Assembly: GCA_019057385.1 (NCBI GenBank)
Contig: JAHQJS010000004.1
Location: 416,001 to 480,000 of the forward strand
Source: Candidatus Borrarchaeum weybense
GTDB taxonomy: Archaea > Asgardarchaeota > Sifarchaeia > Borrarchaeales > Borrarchaeaceae
Reading direction: 5' to 3'
DNA length: 64,000 bases
In this document: positions 8,429 to 18,953 of the stretch, piece after piece
How the letters are laid out: each line of letters opens with the position of its first letter
Numbering within the stretch: position 1 is the first letter of the stretch
Translations under genes and position numbers: made by a program
Notes under the pieces: generated by a model
What the model was told of the DNA's origin: nothing
Database searches by the model: none
Seen by the model: only the letters and a program-made list of their open reading frames with translations

Positions 8429-9172
8429 GTGCCTATATTATGGATTATATTGTTCAGTCTTTTAGGTAGTATAGGCGCTATTATTACAGCAGCGAGCTTT
8501 CTTTTATTACAGAAAAAAATACACAAAGACTTTCTCTCTTCATTAATCTCTTATGCAACTGGAACTTTGCTTGCTGCCGCATTATTAGGATTGATTCCAC
8601 ATGCACTAACGTACATAAGTCCCCTTCCAGTCTTATTCGCAGTCTTAGTAGGGATAATTCTTTTTTTCTCTCTTGAGAAATTGGTTATTTGGCGTCACTG
8701 TCATGACATAGAATGTGAAGTGCACGGTGCTGCAGGACCTATGATCCTCATGGGGGACGCATTTCATAATCTTATAGACGGGACTATAATTGCAGCTGGA
8801 TTCTTGGTATCTATACCACTTGGTATTATTGTGGGGCTCTCAGTTATTGCGCATGAAATTCCCCAAGAAGTAGGCGATTTTGGAATACTTCTTCATGGCG
8901 GTTATTCAGAAAGAAAAGCGCTATTCTTAAACCTTCTCTCTAGTTTAAGTACCGTACCCGGAGCAATTATCGCTTATTTCGCTTTAGATATCATCCAAAC
9001 CGCTATTCCTTACGTTATGGCTATTTCGGCAGCAAGTTTTCTGTATATTGCCTTATCTGATTTAACACCTGAACTACATCGCAAAGTTGGTGTCGGATAT
9101 GCTCTACGACAATTTCTTTTAATGATTGCTGGAGTTGGAACAATTCTTCTGATCCTTCAACTTCATCCCTAG
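8429..9172 (+). CDS. ZIP family metal transporter
   Basis: Hydrophobic helices; GDAFHNLIDG and AHEIPQEVGDFG motifs. Confidence 0.93.
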   Translation: MPILWIILFSLLGSIGAIITAASFLLLQKKIHKDFLSSLISYATGTLLAAALLGLIPHALTYISPLPVLFAVLVGIILFFSLEKLVIWRHCHDIECEVHGAAGPMILMGDAFHNLIDGTIIAAGFLVSIPLGIIVGLSVIAHEIPQEVGDFGILLHGGYSERKALFLNLLSSLSTVPGAIIAYFALDIIQTAIPYVMAISAASFLYIALSDLTPELHRKVGVGYALRQFLLMIAGVGTILLILQLHP

Positions 9173-9251
9173 AATGATTATGTTCTTCAATATCACGACA
9201 GAAGTTCCTCAAGTATTTCAGGAAAATTCAGATTTTCTGCGCCATTATTCA

Positions 9252-9330
9252 GAGAACACTTTCTTGTGAATTAAACTGAACTTAAAAGGTCTAACGCCTT
9301 ATAGAGGTTCATAATAAAACGAAAAGTTAA
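9252..9330 (+). repeat. Decayed third copy of the 120-nt element
   Basis: GAGAACACTTTCTTGTGAATTAAACTGAACTTAAAAGGTCTAACGCCTT aligns without gaps to 7785-7833. Confidence 0.75.
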
Positions 9331-9385
9331 ATTCTATACCTTTAAAATAGCTTGTATACAAATAATGAAAAAAGAAGGAAGATGG

Positions 9386-9490
9386 TTATTTAATTTCGAC
9401 TTTCTTCGCTGGTTCTGGTTCCTTCTTTGGAAGGATCAGAGTCAGAATTCCTTTATCTAGCGAAGCCTCAATCTGGTACGATATAACCAT
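9386..9490 (-). pseudogene. Hsp20/alpha-crystallin C-terminal remnant
   Basis: Translates MVISYQIEASLDKGILTLILPKKEPEPAKKVEIK*: A-x-x-x-x-GIL-x-L-x-LPK plus VEI tail; not in the ORF track. Confidence 0.7.
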
Positions 9491-9739
9491 GGTTTAGATT
9501 ACTTCTCGTTGAAATCGCCGAATTACCTGAAAAATTTCCTGATTTCATTTTCTTGGCTGTCCACGATGGCAAAATAATTGATTTTCTTCTAAGTGCAAGA
9601 TCAAGCGAAAAACAAATTTTGATATTCTTTTGCCTTCATTTGTCAAAACCAAAACTGTGAAATAAAGAATCTGCCCATAAAGCACCTCATTCATATAAGA
9701 CTTACATTAGTGATTACTAAGAATAAGGAGGAAAACTAA

Positions 9740-9898
9740 TTGGCAGAAAAGTGGCAGTGTTCAGTATGTGGCTATATTTATGACCCAGAAGTAGGTGATG
9801 AGCCATTTGTGGCACCTGGAACTCCATTTGAGGAAATCCCAGATGATTGGGTATGTCCAGTCTGTGGTGCGGACAAGGACATGTTCAAAAAAATGTAA
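9740..9898 (+). CDS. Rubredoxin (52 aa, TTG start)
   Basis: [30 protein letters not shown]; RBS AAGGAGG upstream; below the ORF-track cutoff. Confidence 0.95.
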   Translation: MAEKWQCSVCGYIYDPEVGDEPFVAPGTPFEEIPDDWVCPVCGADKDMFKKM

Positions 9899-10009
9899 AT
9901 GGGACTTTATCTAACTACAAAAATCAAAGCCTGACACGGTAAAGTTCCAATCTATTTTTTAAAGTTTACATCCCATAGATTTGTCAAACTACAAAGCGGA
10001 TGACAAGAC

Positions 10010-11107
10010 TTGAAAATACGAATAGATATTAGATTGCCACTATCATTGTTTAGAAAAGTCCCGTTTCTCTTTACTGCTTCCAATTACAAATCATTTTCAA
10101 TGGGCACTCCCTTTGATTTTCTTTCCTACCACGGGTCTAAGATTCCTGCCCTCTTACCCTGTACCCTATTTATCAAAGAAGAAAATACTCTAAACGATTT
10201 ATTATTCTCATTCGCATTCCCTTTTATCAACAATGACGAATGCTTAGTTATATATTTCAATCATCCAGTTTGGCTTGGAAATAATAGAGACCCCTCACTT
10301 ATTCATAATTTGTTTGATGAGATCACCAACTATTTTCAAGAGTTGGGTAAAGTAATACTGGTAATGGAAAGTCAGATTGAGCATATGACAACCACGTATG
10401 CAGTGGAAACAGATTCACCTCATAGTGCTTACCCAACTTCGCTCACACACTTTTCTTATGATGTCAGCAAATTATCCAACTTTACCCCTCCCTTGAAAGA
10501 ATCTCTTGATCAACTACAAGAAGCAGGGTTCAAGGAATACAGCAGATTGCTATGTTACGAATGTGAAATCGAAACGTTGTTAAGTAATTTACATATCTCG
10601 GATCAAAAACTGCCGTATGAAATACTAAAGGACCTAAAAGACAAAAATATAACCATATCACTAGAAGACATCACCCCTTCTGATATGGTTGTAAAAAATT
10701 ATTCATTTGCAAATCAATTCACCTTTATTTCTTCGCAATACACGTTTGAGCTTGGAGATCATGGTGTTATTGGTTTCCATAATAAACAATTTGTAGGGTT
10801 CTTTCAATGGACGCCAAATCTTTTTGAATTACCAAAAAATACGTTACCAATACCTTTCCTTTATCCAGATTTGATAAGGACACACCAGTTCACAACAGGT
10901 AAAATCTTTAGGTTTGGCATGAAGATCAAAGATAGTGATCTCTTTAAGGGCCTGTTTCATAAGACAGCACTTACAATGAGGGAAAAAGGTGTAAATACCT
11001 GCCAGATTGGATATATTGACGAACAAAATGAATTTCTCACCTCTCTTCTTGATCAAATTGGCTTTAGAGTAATCCATTCCCTACAAATTTTGAAGAAGGA
11101 AGTATAG
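10010..11107 (+). CDS. Hypothetical protein, probable GNAT-fold C-terminal domain (true start uncertain)
   Basis: C-terminal REKGVNTCQIGYIDEQN..LLDQIGF pattern. Confidence 0.45.
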   Translation: MKIRIDIRLPLSLFRKVPFLFTASNYKSFSMGTPFDFLSYHGSKIPALLPCTLFIKEENTLNDLLFSFAFPFINNDECLVIYFNHPVWLGNNRDPSLIHNLFDEITNYFQELGKVILVMESQIEHMTTTYAVETDSPHSAYPTSLTHFSYDVSKLSNFTPPLKESLDQLQEAGFKEYSRLLCYECEIETLLSNLHISDQKLPYEILKDLKDKNITISLEDITPSDMVVKNYSFANQFTFISSQYTFELGDHGVIGFHNKQFVGFFQWTPNLFELPKNTLPIPFLYPDLIRTHQFTTGKIFRFGMKIKDSDLFKGLFHKTALTMREKGVNTCQIGYIDEQNEFLTSLLDQIGFRVIHSLQILKKEV

Positions 11108-12540
11108 TGAAGGACCTTGATTGTTTAATCGTACATCCCACGACTCGCGTCAAGACACGTTCCCCTACTAACGTACTGACTAACGTGATACTTCCAATGG
11201 GGAGTATTGCCATTGCCGATTACATTGATCGGAATGGATTTTCAACAGAAATCGTTCATACCGGATTGGAAGAAATGCTCAATCCTTCTTTCACGATAGA
11301 AGCGCTATTCAAAGAATATACACCTACAGTTCTTGGAATCGATCTTCACTGGTATCCTCATAGTTATGATGCATTGCGTATTGCTGAAATAGCAAAAAAT
11401 ACTTACGAAAATATCTTCATTGTGCTGGGTGGCTTCACTGCTTCTTGTTTTGCTGAAGAACTACTACAAAAATTTGAGTGTGTTGATGCAATTGTTAAAG
11501 GTGATGCAGAAATTCCAATGTTAGATCTTTTGAAAACTCTTCCCTCCCAAGATCTATCTAGCGTCCCTAATTTGTTTTATCGCGAAAATGATAGCATAAA
11601 ACAAAGTAAAAAGAATTACTGTCCTTCTCAAGAGCAGTTTGACTCGTTCAATTTTCATAGAATCTCATTGCTCAGAAACTGGTACAACTACCTACAACTT
11701 ACTCACGAAAATGACGACCTTCGCCAAAAACTGAAAAGACAGGGATGGTTATGTGTAGGGAGAGGGTGTGCAGTAAATTGCAGTTATTGCGGAGGTGGCC
11801 ATAACGCACAATGCCTCCTTACAGGACGTTCGACGCCCTTATACCGTTCACAAGAAAAAGTAATTGAAACTTTGAAAGTATTTGCAGAAATGAAAATCTC
11901 GTGTGCATACTGCGATTTTGACCCCTTTGGGCGAAAAACACGTGAATATTATTTTAAACTCTTTGAAATGATCCGAAAAGAGGGTATAGACGTTTCTACC
12001 CAATTTTTGGTGTGGGATGTCACGTCAAAAAAGTTTTTGGAAGAATTTAAAAGAACTTTCAATCCTTTATACACTACCCTTACATTGTCTCCAGAATCTG
12101 GTAGTGAAACGATTCGGAAATTGAATAAAGGATTTTATTATAGCGATTCAGAATTATTTTCGTGGTTAGATCTCACCAAAGAAAACTTTATTCCCATCGA
12201 ATTATATTTCACCACTGGATTGACTGGTGAAACTGTTACAGATTTCAGAGAAACTGTTCAGCTTGGAAAAAGGGTCGTTGAAGAATATCCAAATATTATT
12301 CATATCGCTTGTAATCCAATTTTTCTTGAGCCTGGCTCTCCGCGCTTTTTAGATCCTCAAAAATTTGGCATCACACTAAAATTTTCAAAATTCATTGATT
12401 TCTATTTAACCTACAAGAAATTCGCTTTAGGCGTTCCAGTCAGTTCCCGTCTGGGATATGAGACGGAACATATGTCAGAAACCGATATTATCCGGTTTGC
12501 CAACTATTTCAATGATCAAGTGTATGCTTTAACTCATTAA
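11107..12540 (+). CDS. Cobalamin-binding radical SAM protein
   Basis: B12 domain (IVLGGFTAS, KGDAE), GRGCAVNCSYC, SPESGSE. Confidence 0.9.
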   Translation: MKDLDCLIVHPTTRVKTRSPTNVLTNVILPMGSIAIADYIDRNGFSTEIVHTGLEEMLNPSFTIEALFKEYTPTVLGIDLHWYPHSYDALRIAEIAKNTYENIFIVLGGFTASCFAEELLQKFECVDAIVKGDAEIPMLDLLKTLPSQDLSSVPNLFYRENDSIKQSKKNYCPSQEQFDSFNFHRISLLRNWYNYLQLTHENDDLRQKLKRQGWLCVGRGCAVNCSYCGGGHNAQCLLTGRSTPLYRSQEKVIETLKVFAEMKISCAYCDFDPFGRKTREYYFKLFEMIRKEGIDVSTQFLVWDVTSKKFLEEFKRTFNPLYTTLTLSPESGSETIRKLNKGFYYSDSELFSWLDLTKENFIPIELYFTTGLTGETVTDFRETVQLGKRVVEEYPNIIHIACNPIFLEPGSPRFLDPQKFGITLKFSKFIDFYLTYKKFALGVPVSSRLGYETEHMSETDIIRFANYFNDQVYALTH

Positions 12541-12576
12541 GTTTAAAAATAGCCTGTTCTCTACTTGTAGGGCGTT

Positions 12577-12873
12577 TTATCCTCCACCACCAGGCGGAAA
12601 AATCGTAATAAGATCTCCTTCTTTTAGTTCTGTTTTTGCCCCTTTTAAGCCCTTAATATTCATACCATTTACAAACATCACCAGGCGGTCAGTGATTTGA
12701 TTTGTTTCAGCATCGATAAGTTTCTCTTTCAACTTTTCTCCATGTTCTTTGATAAGGGTATCAACTAGATCTTCTACATCGCAACGTTGAAGTGTGACTT
12801 GTCTGGATTTTTCGTTCACAACTTCTTGTAACTGACCATAGAATTTAACAGTTACGGCAACCATTTTCTTCAC
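12577..12873 (-). CDS. moaD: MoaD/SAMP ubiquitin-like sulfur carrier
   Basis: Beta-grasp pattern, FVNG, LKEGD, C-terminal PPGGGG; next to AOR genes. Confidence 0.85.
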   Translation of the reverse strand: MKKMVAVTVKFYGQLQEVVNEKSRQVTLQRCDVEDLVDTLIKEHGEKLKEKLIDAETNQITDRLVMFVNGMNIKGLKGAKTELKEGDLITIFPPGGGG

Positions 12874-12999
12874 ACTTTTTTATGAGTATTAGAATATCTT
12901 TAAGGTTTGTATTTTGGCAATCGTTTACGTTGCTCTTGCTACTCATATATAGGTATTTTTGTAAGTGTCATTTGAGCACAAAAAAATTAAAGACAGCTA

Positions 13000-13389
13000 C
13001 TAGCCGGACGTGTGCCACACATAATGTTTACTAAGATGATCATTAAATTTCTCGTTTAGGGCTTTTGCAGCTGGCGTATCTGGAAGTTCTTTATTGCCCT
13101 TGACCTCAAATGTTTCAATGGTGAGATCAGTAGTTTCTGATGTAGGCCAGAAGCCACCATGATGATTCATATCTCGCCATCCATGGATTGTCATTCGAAT
13201 TATTAGTTGTCCTGAAGAATCCGCTCTTTTACCTTCTATAATGCCATCAAAGTCGTCTCCTTCATGTTTAAGTATTTCTTTTTTCGTGAGCGTTATTCCT
13301 ATACGTTCGGCACAGATGGCACAGTTGTTAAATATCTGAAGCGGCACATTTACGGTTCTAAATCTTCTTTCGTTTTTCATAAGCGACAC
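13000..13389 (-). CDS. Uncharacterised AOR-associated protein, paralog 1
   Basis: Clear paralog of 15979-16377 (GWRDMxHHxGFWPT..TDLTIETFEV..YVWHTxG). Confidence 0.75.
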   Translation of the reverse strand: MSLMKNERRFRTVNVPLQIFNNCAICAERIGITLTKKEILKHEGDDFDGIIEGKRADSSGQLIIRMTIHGWRDMNHHGGFWPTSETTDLTIETFEVKGNKELPDTPAAKALNEKFNDHLSKHYVWHTSG

Positions 13390-13507
13390 CTTTCATCTTT
13401 TACACTCAAGAATACTCTTTAAATAATTTCACTTCTCTGCATGTGTGACATCATGTGAAAACTAGTTTAAGAAAAAAAAGAAACAAAAAAAGGGAATGAA
13501 ATTTGTT

Positions 13508-15373
13508 TTATAGGCCATATTTCGACTTTATACTGGCGGGTACGCTACCGTCATCGTTCCAGCCGCGGGTCTTGTAGTACATCGGCTTTAGTTTAGCTAA
13601 TGGAACCGTGTTTCCTTTCGATGGTCCCTCTGGAATAGGCTCTTCGAGAATCCTTGTTGGTAAGCTATCATTGTCCGCCGTAAATCCTTCGCGGTAGTTG
13701 AACATCCTTTCGAGGTTCCAGATGCGTGCGCCAATAGAGTCAAATTCTTCAGCTGTTATATCCCAACCGGTTATTGGGGCTAGAATATTTGCGAATTCTT
13801 GGGAACCCATTGAGAATGTAACGAACTGGCAGACAAGTGAGCTGTCCATTGCCGCTACGAAGTCCTGAAACGCGATCAGCATGTCAATTGATTTTTGACC
13901 TGGGTCGAATCGAGGCAATTGTTCAGGTGCGCCCAAGATTTCTGGATTGATCATGTATGCTCTTAAGTGGCAAGCACCTCTGTTGGAGGTAGCATAACCT
14001 AATGCATGTGCTTTGGCACCACGACCGTCATACGCGGGCATGCTTTGTCCTTTGACTGTCATCGCGAATTTATCAGCACCTTTACCCCATTTCTTTGCAG
14101 ACATCTCTTCACCATCGCCCAGAATTGCACCGATTCCTTCGACCTTACCTATCATTTCAGCAACCTGTACTATTGCTTCTGTATTGCCAAATGTGAGGTC
14201 AATTCCACCAGTGTCTTCTTTGGTGATGATTCCTTTTTCATAGCATTCCATAGCGAAGGCACAAGCTGTACCCGCTTGGATTGCGTCTAAACCGTATTTA
14301 TTGCAAATGTGATGCGCTGTTAAGACGTAATCAATGTCGTCTACTCCACAGTCTGCTCCCCAACTCCAGGTTGTTTCGTATTCAGGCCCTTCACATACAG
14401 TTCCGGCGTATGGTCCTTTTTCGATCTTACTCCATCGACCACACATGATTCTGCAGCCCTTACAACCGACATTCTTGATCAATCTGTTTTCCTTGATGTA
14501 TTCACCAGAAGTGACTTCAGCACCTGGAAATACATCCATTTGGAAGTTATGTGTTGGATAAATCCCTGCACCGTTGACGATGTTAACCAGCAGCGCTGTA
14601 CCAAGTGTGTAGAGTCCACCTCCGATCTTTGTGACGTCTCCAGCCTGCATTACCTCGTCTTCGTTCTTCTTAACAGCTGCCTTGAATGCAGCTTCATCAG
14701 CCATTGGAATCCTCTGTTTTCCTCGTGCCACTAAAGCTTTTAGGTTCTTTGAACCCATAACAGCTCCGTGTCCACCTCTTCCAGCGGCACGGTAGAATCT
14801 GTTCATAATAGCCGCAATGCGTTTCATATTTTCTCCGGGTGGTCCGATGCTTGCCACACCAATTGGGTTGCGCACTAATTTTTCGATGTCCTTTCCTACT
14901 GAAGATGGATCTAAATCTGCAAGGATTGCTGTTTCCGTCGCATGAACATCCATACCCCAGTACTTTGAAGCATCTTTCAGTTCAATTTTTCCGTCTTCGC
15001 ACAAAATCATTGTTGGTTTAGCGGCTTTTCCTGTAATTACTAAATAATCGAATCCTGCAGCTTTGAGTGCGTGAGCGTAGTCTCCTCCAGAGTGCGAGTC
15101 AGAAACTGTACCAGTGAGGGGACTCTTAGTAACAGTACAGAATCGCCCAGAACTTGGCGCGCCTGTACCAGTTAGCGGACCTGTTAGAACGATGAGGATG
15201 TTGTCTGGTGAAAGTGGGTCAGTTCCTGGCTTCAATCGGTCATAAAGAATTTTAACACCGAGTCCTCTACCACCAAGCCATTTCCTGGCCATAGCCATGT
15301 CGACATCTTTGATTTCAATGCTTCCAGTAGTCAGATTAATATCTGCCCATTTGCCCATATATCCATTTGCCAT
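13508..15373 (-). CDS. aor: Tungsten aldehyde:ferredoxin oxidoreductase, paralog 1
   Basis: GRGLG, KSPLT, GRGGHGAVMGSKNLKA, CxxCxxxC, EGPEYET, RGACH. Confidence 0.95.
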   Translation of the reverse strand: MANGYMGKWADINLTTGSIEIKDVDMAMARKWLGGRGLGVKILYDRLKPGTDPLSPDNILIVLTGPLTGTGAPSSGRFCTVTKSPLTGTVSDSHSGGDYAHALKAAGFDYLVITGKAAKPTMILCEDGKIELKDASKYWGMDVHATETAILADLDPSSVGKDIEKLVRNPIGVASIGPPGENMKRIAAIMNRFYRAAGRGGHGAVMGSKNLKALVARGKQRIPMADEAAFKAAVKKNEDEVMQAGDVTKIGGGLYTLGTALLVNIVNGAGIYPTHNFQMDVFPGAEVTSGEYIKENRLIKNVGCKGCRIMCGRWSKIEKGPYAGTVCEGPEYETTWSWGADCGVDDIDYVLTAHHICNKYGLDAIQAGTACAFAMECYEKGIITKEDTGGIDLTFGNTEAIVQVAEMIGKVEGIGAILGDGEEMSAKKWGKGADKFAMTVKGQSMPAYDGRGAKAHALGYATSNRGACHLRAYMINPEILGAPEQLPRFDPGQKSIDMLIAFQDFVAAMDSSLVCQFVTFSMGSQEFANILAPITGWDITAEEFDSIGARIWNLERMFNYREGFTADNDSLPTRILEEPIPEGPSKGNTVPLAKLKPMYYKTRGWNDDGSVPASIKSKYGL

Positions 15374-15392
15374 TTTTCATATTTCCTCCTAA

Positions 15393-15425
15393 CTCAAAAC
15401 GTTTTGAGATACAAATTTTGTATCT
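15393..15425. promoter_or_regulatory. Two adjacent palindromes upstream of aor paralog 1
   Basis: CTCAAAACGTTTTGAG (perfect 16 bp) and AGATACAAA-T-TTTGTATCT. Confidence 0.5.
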
Positions 15426-15978
15426 AAAAAGGAGTGTGGACTACTTTATAATGAAAGGTTATATAAAAACCTTAACTTTAAGGAGCGCAGGGATATGAAT
15501 CATTATACATATCGATGAAAATGAACTTAGTAACGAGTAGATTCATTAATCATCAAATTAATTAAATATCAGAGATAGAGCATCATCAAAAATCGTGTTG
15601 GCTTGAAGTACATTAAGCTATGTAAAGTATACAAATATACTATAAATCCTTAAAATTAAATTGCAAATAAGCACTTTTCAGGTGTTTTACGGGGATAAAA
15701 CAGTTTTAAAATCAAATATACGAATATACTCTGATTTCGAAGATTTTAATTGGTAATGGATGTTTTTCCTCTTTTTTAGGTAGAGTATACTAAATTTAAA
15801 TAACTGTTTAAATAAATGCGTGTCTTTTAAACGTATCAAATTCAAAAACTGGTGGTCTTCTTAATGGAAAGGTATCGTCTTCGTTGTAATGGAGTAATGA
15901 ATTCACTTCCAAGTTGCTTTAATACTTTTGTATAAAGATTTTTCTGGGTTGCCATTCGATAATAAAGGTACAAGATGG

Positions 15979-16377
15979 TTAGCCAGCAGTATGCCAAACA
16001 TAAAGATTGATACGATTATTAAATTCATCATGTAAGGCTTTCGCATTTAGAGTGTCAGGGAGTTCTTTATCGTTCTTAGAGACTTCAAATGTTTCGATCG
16101 TGAGATCAGTAGTTATTGCTGTTGGCCAGAACCCCATATGATGATCCATATCACGCCATCCATAGATTTTAAGTCGGATGATTACCTCTCCTGCAGGACT
16201 TGTCCGAATACCTTCTATGATACCCTCAAAGTCGATATCTTCTTCTTTCAGTACTTCTTTTTTTATAAGAGTTATCCCCATGCTTTCAAGGCATACTGCT
16301 GAATTTGAAAATACCACGCCTGGAAAATTTGTCCCTCTAAAGCGTCGTTGGCTCAACATAAGGTAATGCCACCTCAT
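15979..16377 (-). CDS. Uncharacterised AOR-associated protein, paralog 2
   Basis: Paralog of 13000-13389; start codon uncertain. Confidence 0.75.
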   Translation of the reverse strand: MRWHYLMLSQRRFRGTNFPGVVFSNSAVCLESMGITLIKKEVLKEEDIDFEGIIEGIRTSPAGEVIIRLKIYGWRDMDHHMGFWPTAITTDLTIETFEVSKNDKELPDTLNAKALHDEFNNRINLYVWHTAG

Positions 16378-16501
16378 TCATTCTAATAAGTAAGTAGTCG
16401 ATACGAGTCATTTAAACTTCTTCAAACCCTTTTTTGTTTTTTAATCTAAGAATTGTTAAGAAAAACAGGTAAAAAAAAAGAGGAAAGGAACTTTTTCGTA
16501 T

Positions 16502-18370
16502 TTATGCGATGCCGTATCTTTTCTGTGTTTCTTCAGTCGGCTTGCCTTCATTATCATATCCACGAGTCTCGTAGTACATCGGCAACATTTTATCGATTGG
16601 CACGGTATTTCCTTTTGATGGTCCTTCAGGCATAGGATCCTCAAGCATTCTGGTTGCTAAGGTGTCGTCCTTTCTGCCAAATCCTTCTCGTGCATTAAAC
16701 ATTCGTTCAAGATTCCAAATGCGTGCGCCCACCTCATCGACCATATCGGCAGTCCAATCCCAGCCAGTGGCTGGTTTTAGTAAGTTTGCAAACTCCTGAT
16801 TACCCATAGCGAAGGAAACAAACAGACAAATCAGACTGGAGTCTAGAAGTGCGGTGAAGTTCTGGAAGGCAATTAACATATCGATCGTCTTTTGGCCTGG
16901 GTCGAACCGCGGCAATTGCTCAGGTGCACCTAAGATTTCTGGATTGATCATGTATGCACGTATGTGGCATGCGCCTCTATTAGATGTGGCATATGCAAGT
17001 CCGTGTCCTTTTGACCCTCTTGGGTCATAAGCTGGCATGCTTTGTCCTTTTGTCACCATCGCGTACTTTTCAGCACCTTTACCCCATTTCTGTGCAGCAA
17101 CTATTTCACCATCTGCAAGGATTTTACCGATTCCTTCCACTTTACCTATTTGTTCGGCGACTTTTATCATAGCCTCAGCATTTCCGAATTTGAGTTCGAT
17201 ACCACCCGTGTCCTCTGTTGTGATAATGCCTTTCTCAAAGCACTCCATAGCGAATGCCGTCGTCGTACCCGCTTGAATCGCATCGAGCCCGTATAAATTA
17301 CACAAGTGATGTGCTGTCATACAATAGTCAATATCGTCTACGCCACAGTCAGCGCCCCACGCCCACATGTTCTCGTATTCCGGCCCTTCCATTTCAGTTC
17401 CAGCAAAAGGTCCTTTTTCGATTTTAGACCATCGTCCACACATAATTCTACAGCCTTTGCAACCAACAGGCTTGATTAATCGATTTTCCTTAAGATATTC
17501 ACCGGAAGTAACCTCAGCCCCTTCAAATACACCTGTCTGGAAGTTATGTGTTGGATAAATCCCAGCACCATTTATAATATTAACAAGCAGGGCCGTACCA
17601 AGCGTATTAAGTCCTCCTCCTGGCTTCGTTACATCGCTTACTTTCATTGCTTCATCTTCATTCTTTTTGACAGCTGCCCTGTATGCCTCCTCGTCATATA
17701 AGGAGACTTTTTGTTTTCCTCTTGCCACTATAGCCTTTAGGTTCTTTGAACCCATAACAGCCCCATGTCCACCTCTTCCAACGGCACGATAGAATCGGTT
17801 CATTATAGCCGCTAATCTCTTCATATTTTCTCCAGGTGGTCCAATACTTGCCACACCAATTGAATTGCGTACTAATTGTTCCATGTCCTTTCCTGCTGAA
17901 GATGGATCTAATTCTTCAAGAATCATTTTTTCTGTTTCGAAAACATCTTTGCCCCAAAGGGCTGATGCATCTTTAAACTCCACTTTTCCATCATCTAAGA
18001 AGATCCAAGTCGGTTTATCAGCTTTGCCAGTGATGACGAGCCAATCAAACCCCGCAGCTTTAATTGCGTGACCGAAATCTCCACCGCAGTGCGAATCGTG
18101 TACTGTGTTTGTTAGTGGACTTTTTGTGACACTACAGAATCGTCCAGAACTCGGAGCACCTGTACCTGTTATTGGACCCGTTGCAATAACGATGATGTTG
18201 TCTGGTGAGAATGGGTCTGTTCCTGGCTTCAATCGGTCATAAAGAATTTTAACACCGACACCTCGTCCTCCGACCCAGGTTTTGGTAAAACTCATGTCAA
18301 CATCTTTAATTTCAGCACTCTTCTTGTTTAGGTCGATATCGACCCATTTACCCATGTATCCATTTGCCAT
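16502..18370 (-). CDS. aor: Tungsten aldehyde:ferredoxin oxidoreductase, paralog 2
   Basis: Same motifs as 13508-15373; collinear and highly similar. Confidence 0.95.
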   Translation of the reverse strand: MANGYMGKWVDIDLNKKSAEIKDVDMSFTKTWVGGRGVGVKILYDRLKPGTDPFSPDNIIVIATGPITGTGAPSSGRFCSVTKSPLTNTVHDSHCGGDFGHAIKAAGFDWLVITGKADKPTWIFLDDGKVEFKDASALWGKDVFETEKMILEELDPSSAGKDMEQLVRNSIGVASIGPPGENMKRLAAIMNRFYRAVGRGGHGAVMGSKNLKAIVARGKQKVSLYDEEAYRAAVKKNEDEAMKVSDVTKPGGGLNTLGTALLVNIINGAGIYPTHNFQTGVFEGAEVTSGEYLKENRLIKPVGCKGCRIMCGRWSKIEKGPFAGTEMEGPEYENMWAWGADCGVDDIDYCMTAHHLCNLYGLDAIQAGTTTAFAMECFEKGIITTEDTGGIELKFGNAEAMIKVAEQIGKVEGIGKILADGEIVAAQKWGKGAEKYAMVTKGQSMPAYDPRGSKGHGLAYATSNRGACHIRAYMINPEILGAPEQLPRFDPGQKTIDMLIAFQNFTALLDSSLICLFVSFAMGNQEFANLLKPATGWDWTADMVDEVGARIWNLERMFNAREGFGRKDDTLATRMLEDPMPEGPSKGNTVPIDKMLPMYYETRGYDNEGKPTEETQKRYGIA

Positions 18371-18430
18371 TTTTCACATTTCCTCCTATTCGAATATATT
18401 TTTTCACATTTCCTCCTACTTGAATCTATT
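18371..18430. repeat. 30-bp tandem duplication containing the aor ribosome-binding site
   Basis: TTTTCACATTTCCTCCTA(T/C)T(C/T)GAAT(A/C)TATT twice. Confidence 0.85.
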
Positions 18431-18953
18431 TTTTATCTGAGAGGTAGTGTGATTATATGTATCAGCAAACGTTATATATATACATAAGTATATTAAAATA
18501 TGCATCAGCATACATATCGAGAAAAAATCACTCACCGAATATCAAATTTGAACCATCTCCGAGACGGAAGTTAAGATATCTATTGATTCATGGATGGGTG
18601 AGTCTCCCCTGTATACCCTTAAAATTTGCGTAAAAGGCGCGCATTATTTTTGTTTATAATGATCGATCATGACATTTAACTGCCTGAAAACTTGAAATAC
18701 GCATAATAGAAAAGAGATGGGAAAAAATATATATACATATTAATACATAAAAATATGCATAAGCAGGCACATAGAAGAAAACTGCCCACTAAATAGCGAT
18801 TCAGAAAGAAGATCCACTTTTAATGTCAAAAACACAGGTTTGTATATATTAAAAATGGGAAATAACGTACTGACCCTATAATAAGAAAAGGGATAGCCAG
18901 GGGAAACCCCTTCTTATAGAACAAGATAGAGTAATACTAGATAGGTCTTATTA

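Noticed and set aside
1-9500. Canonical CRISPR array near the cas-like genes, including ATTGAAG/GTTGAAAG at ~1297 and ~1330
   Set aside because: No equal-length repeats with regular spacers; the handle-like words share no upstream similarity
15410-15428. Similarity of the aor palindrome to the 14-mer at 1052-1299
   Set aside because: Imperfect, AT-rich and in an unrelated context
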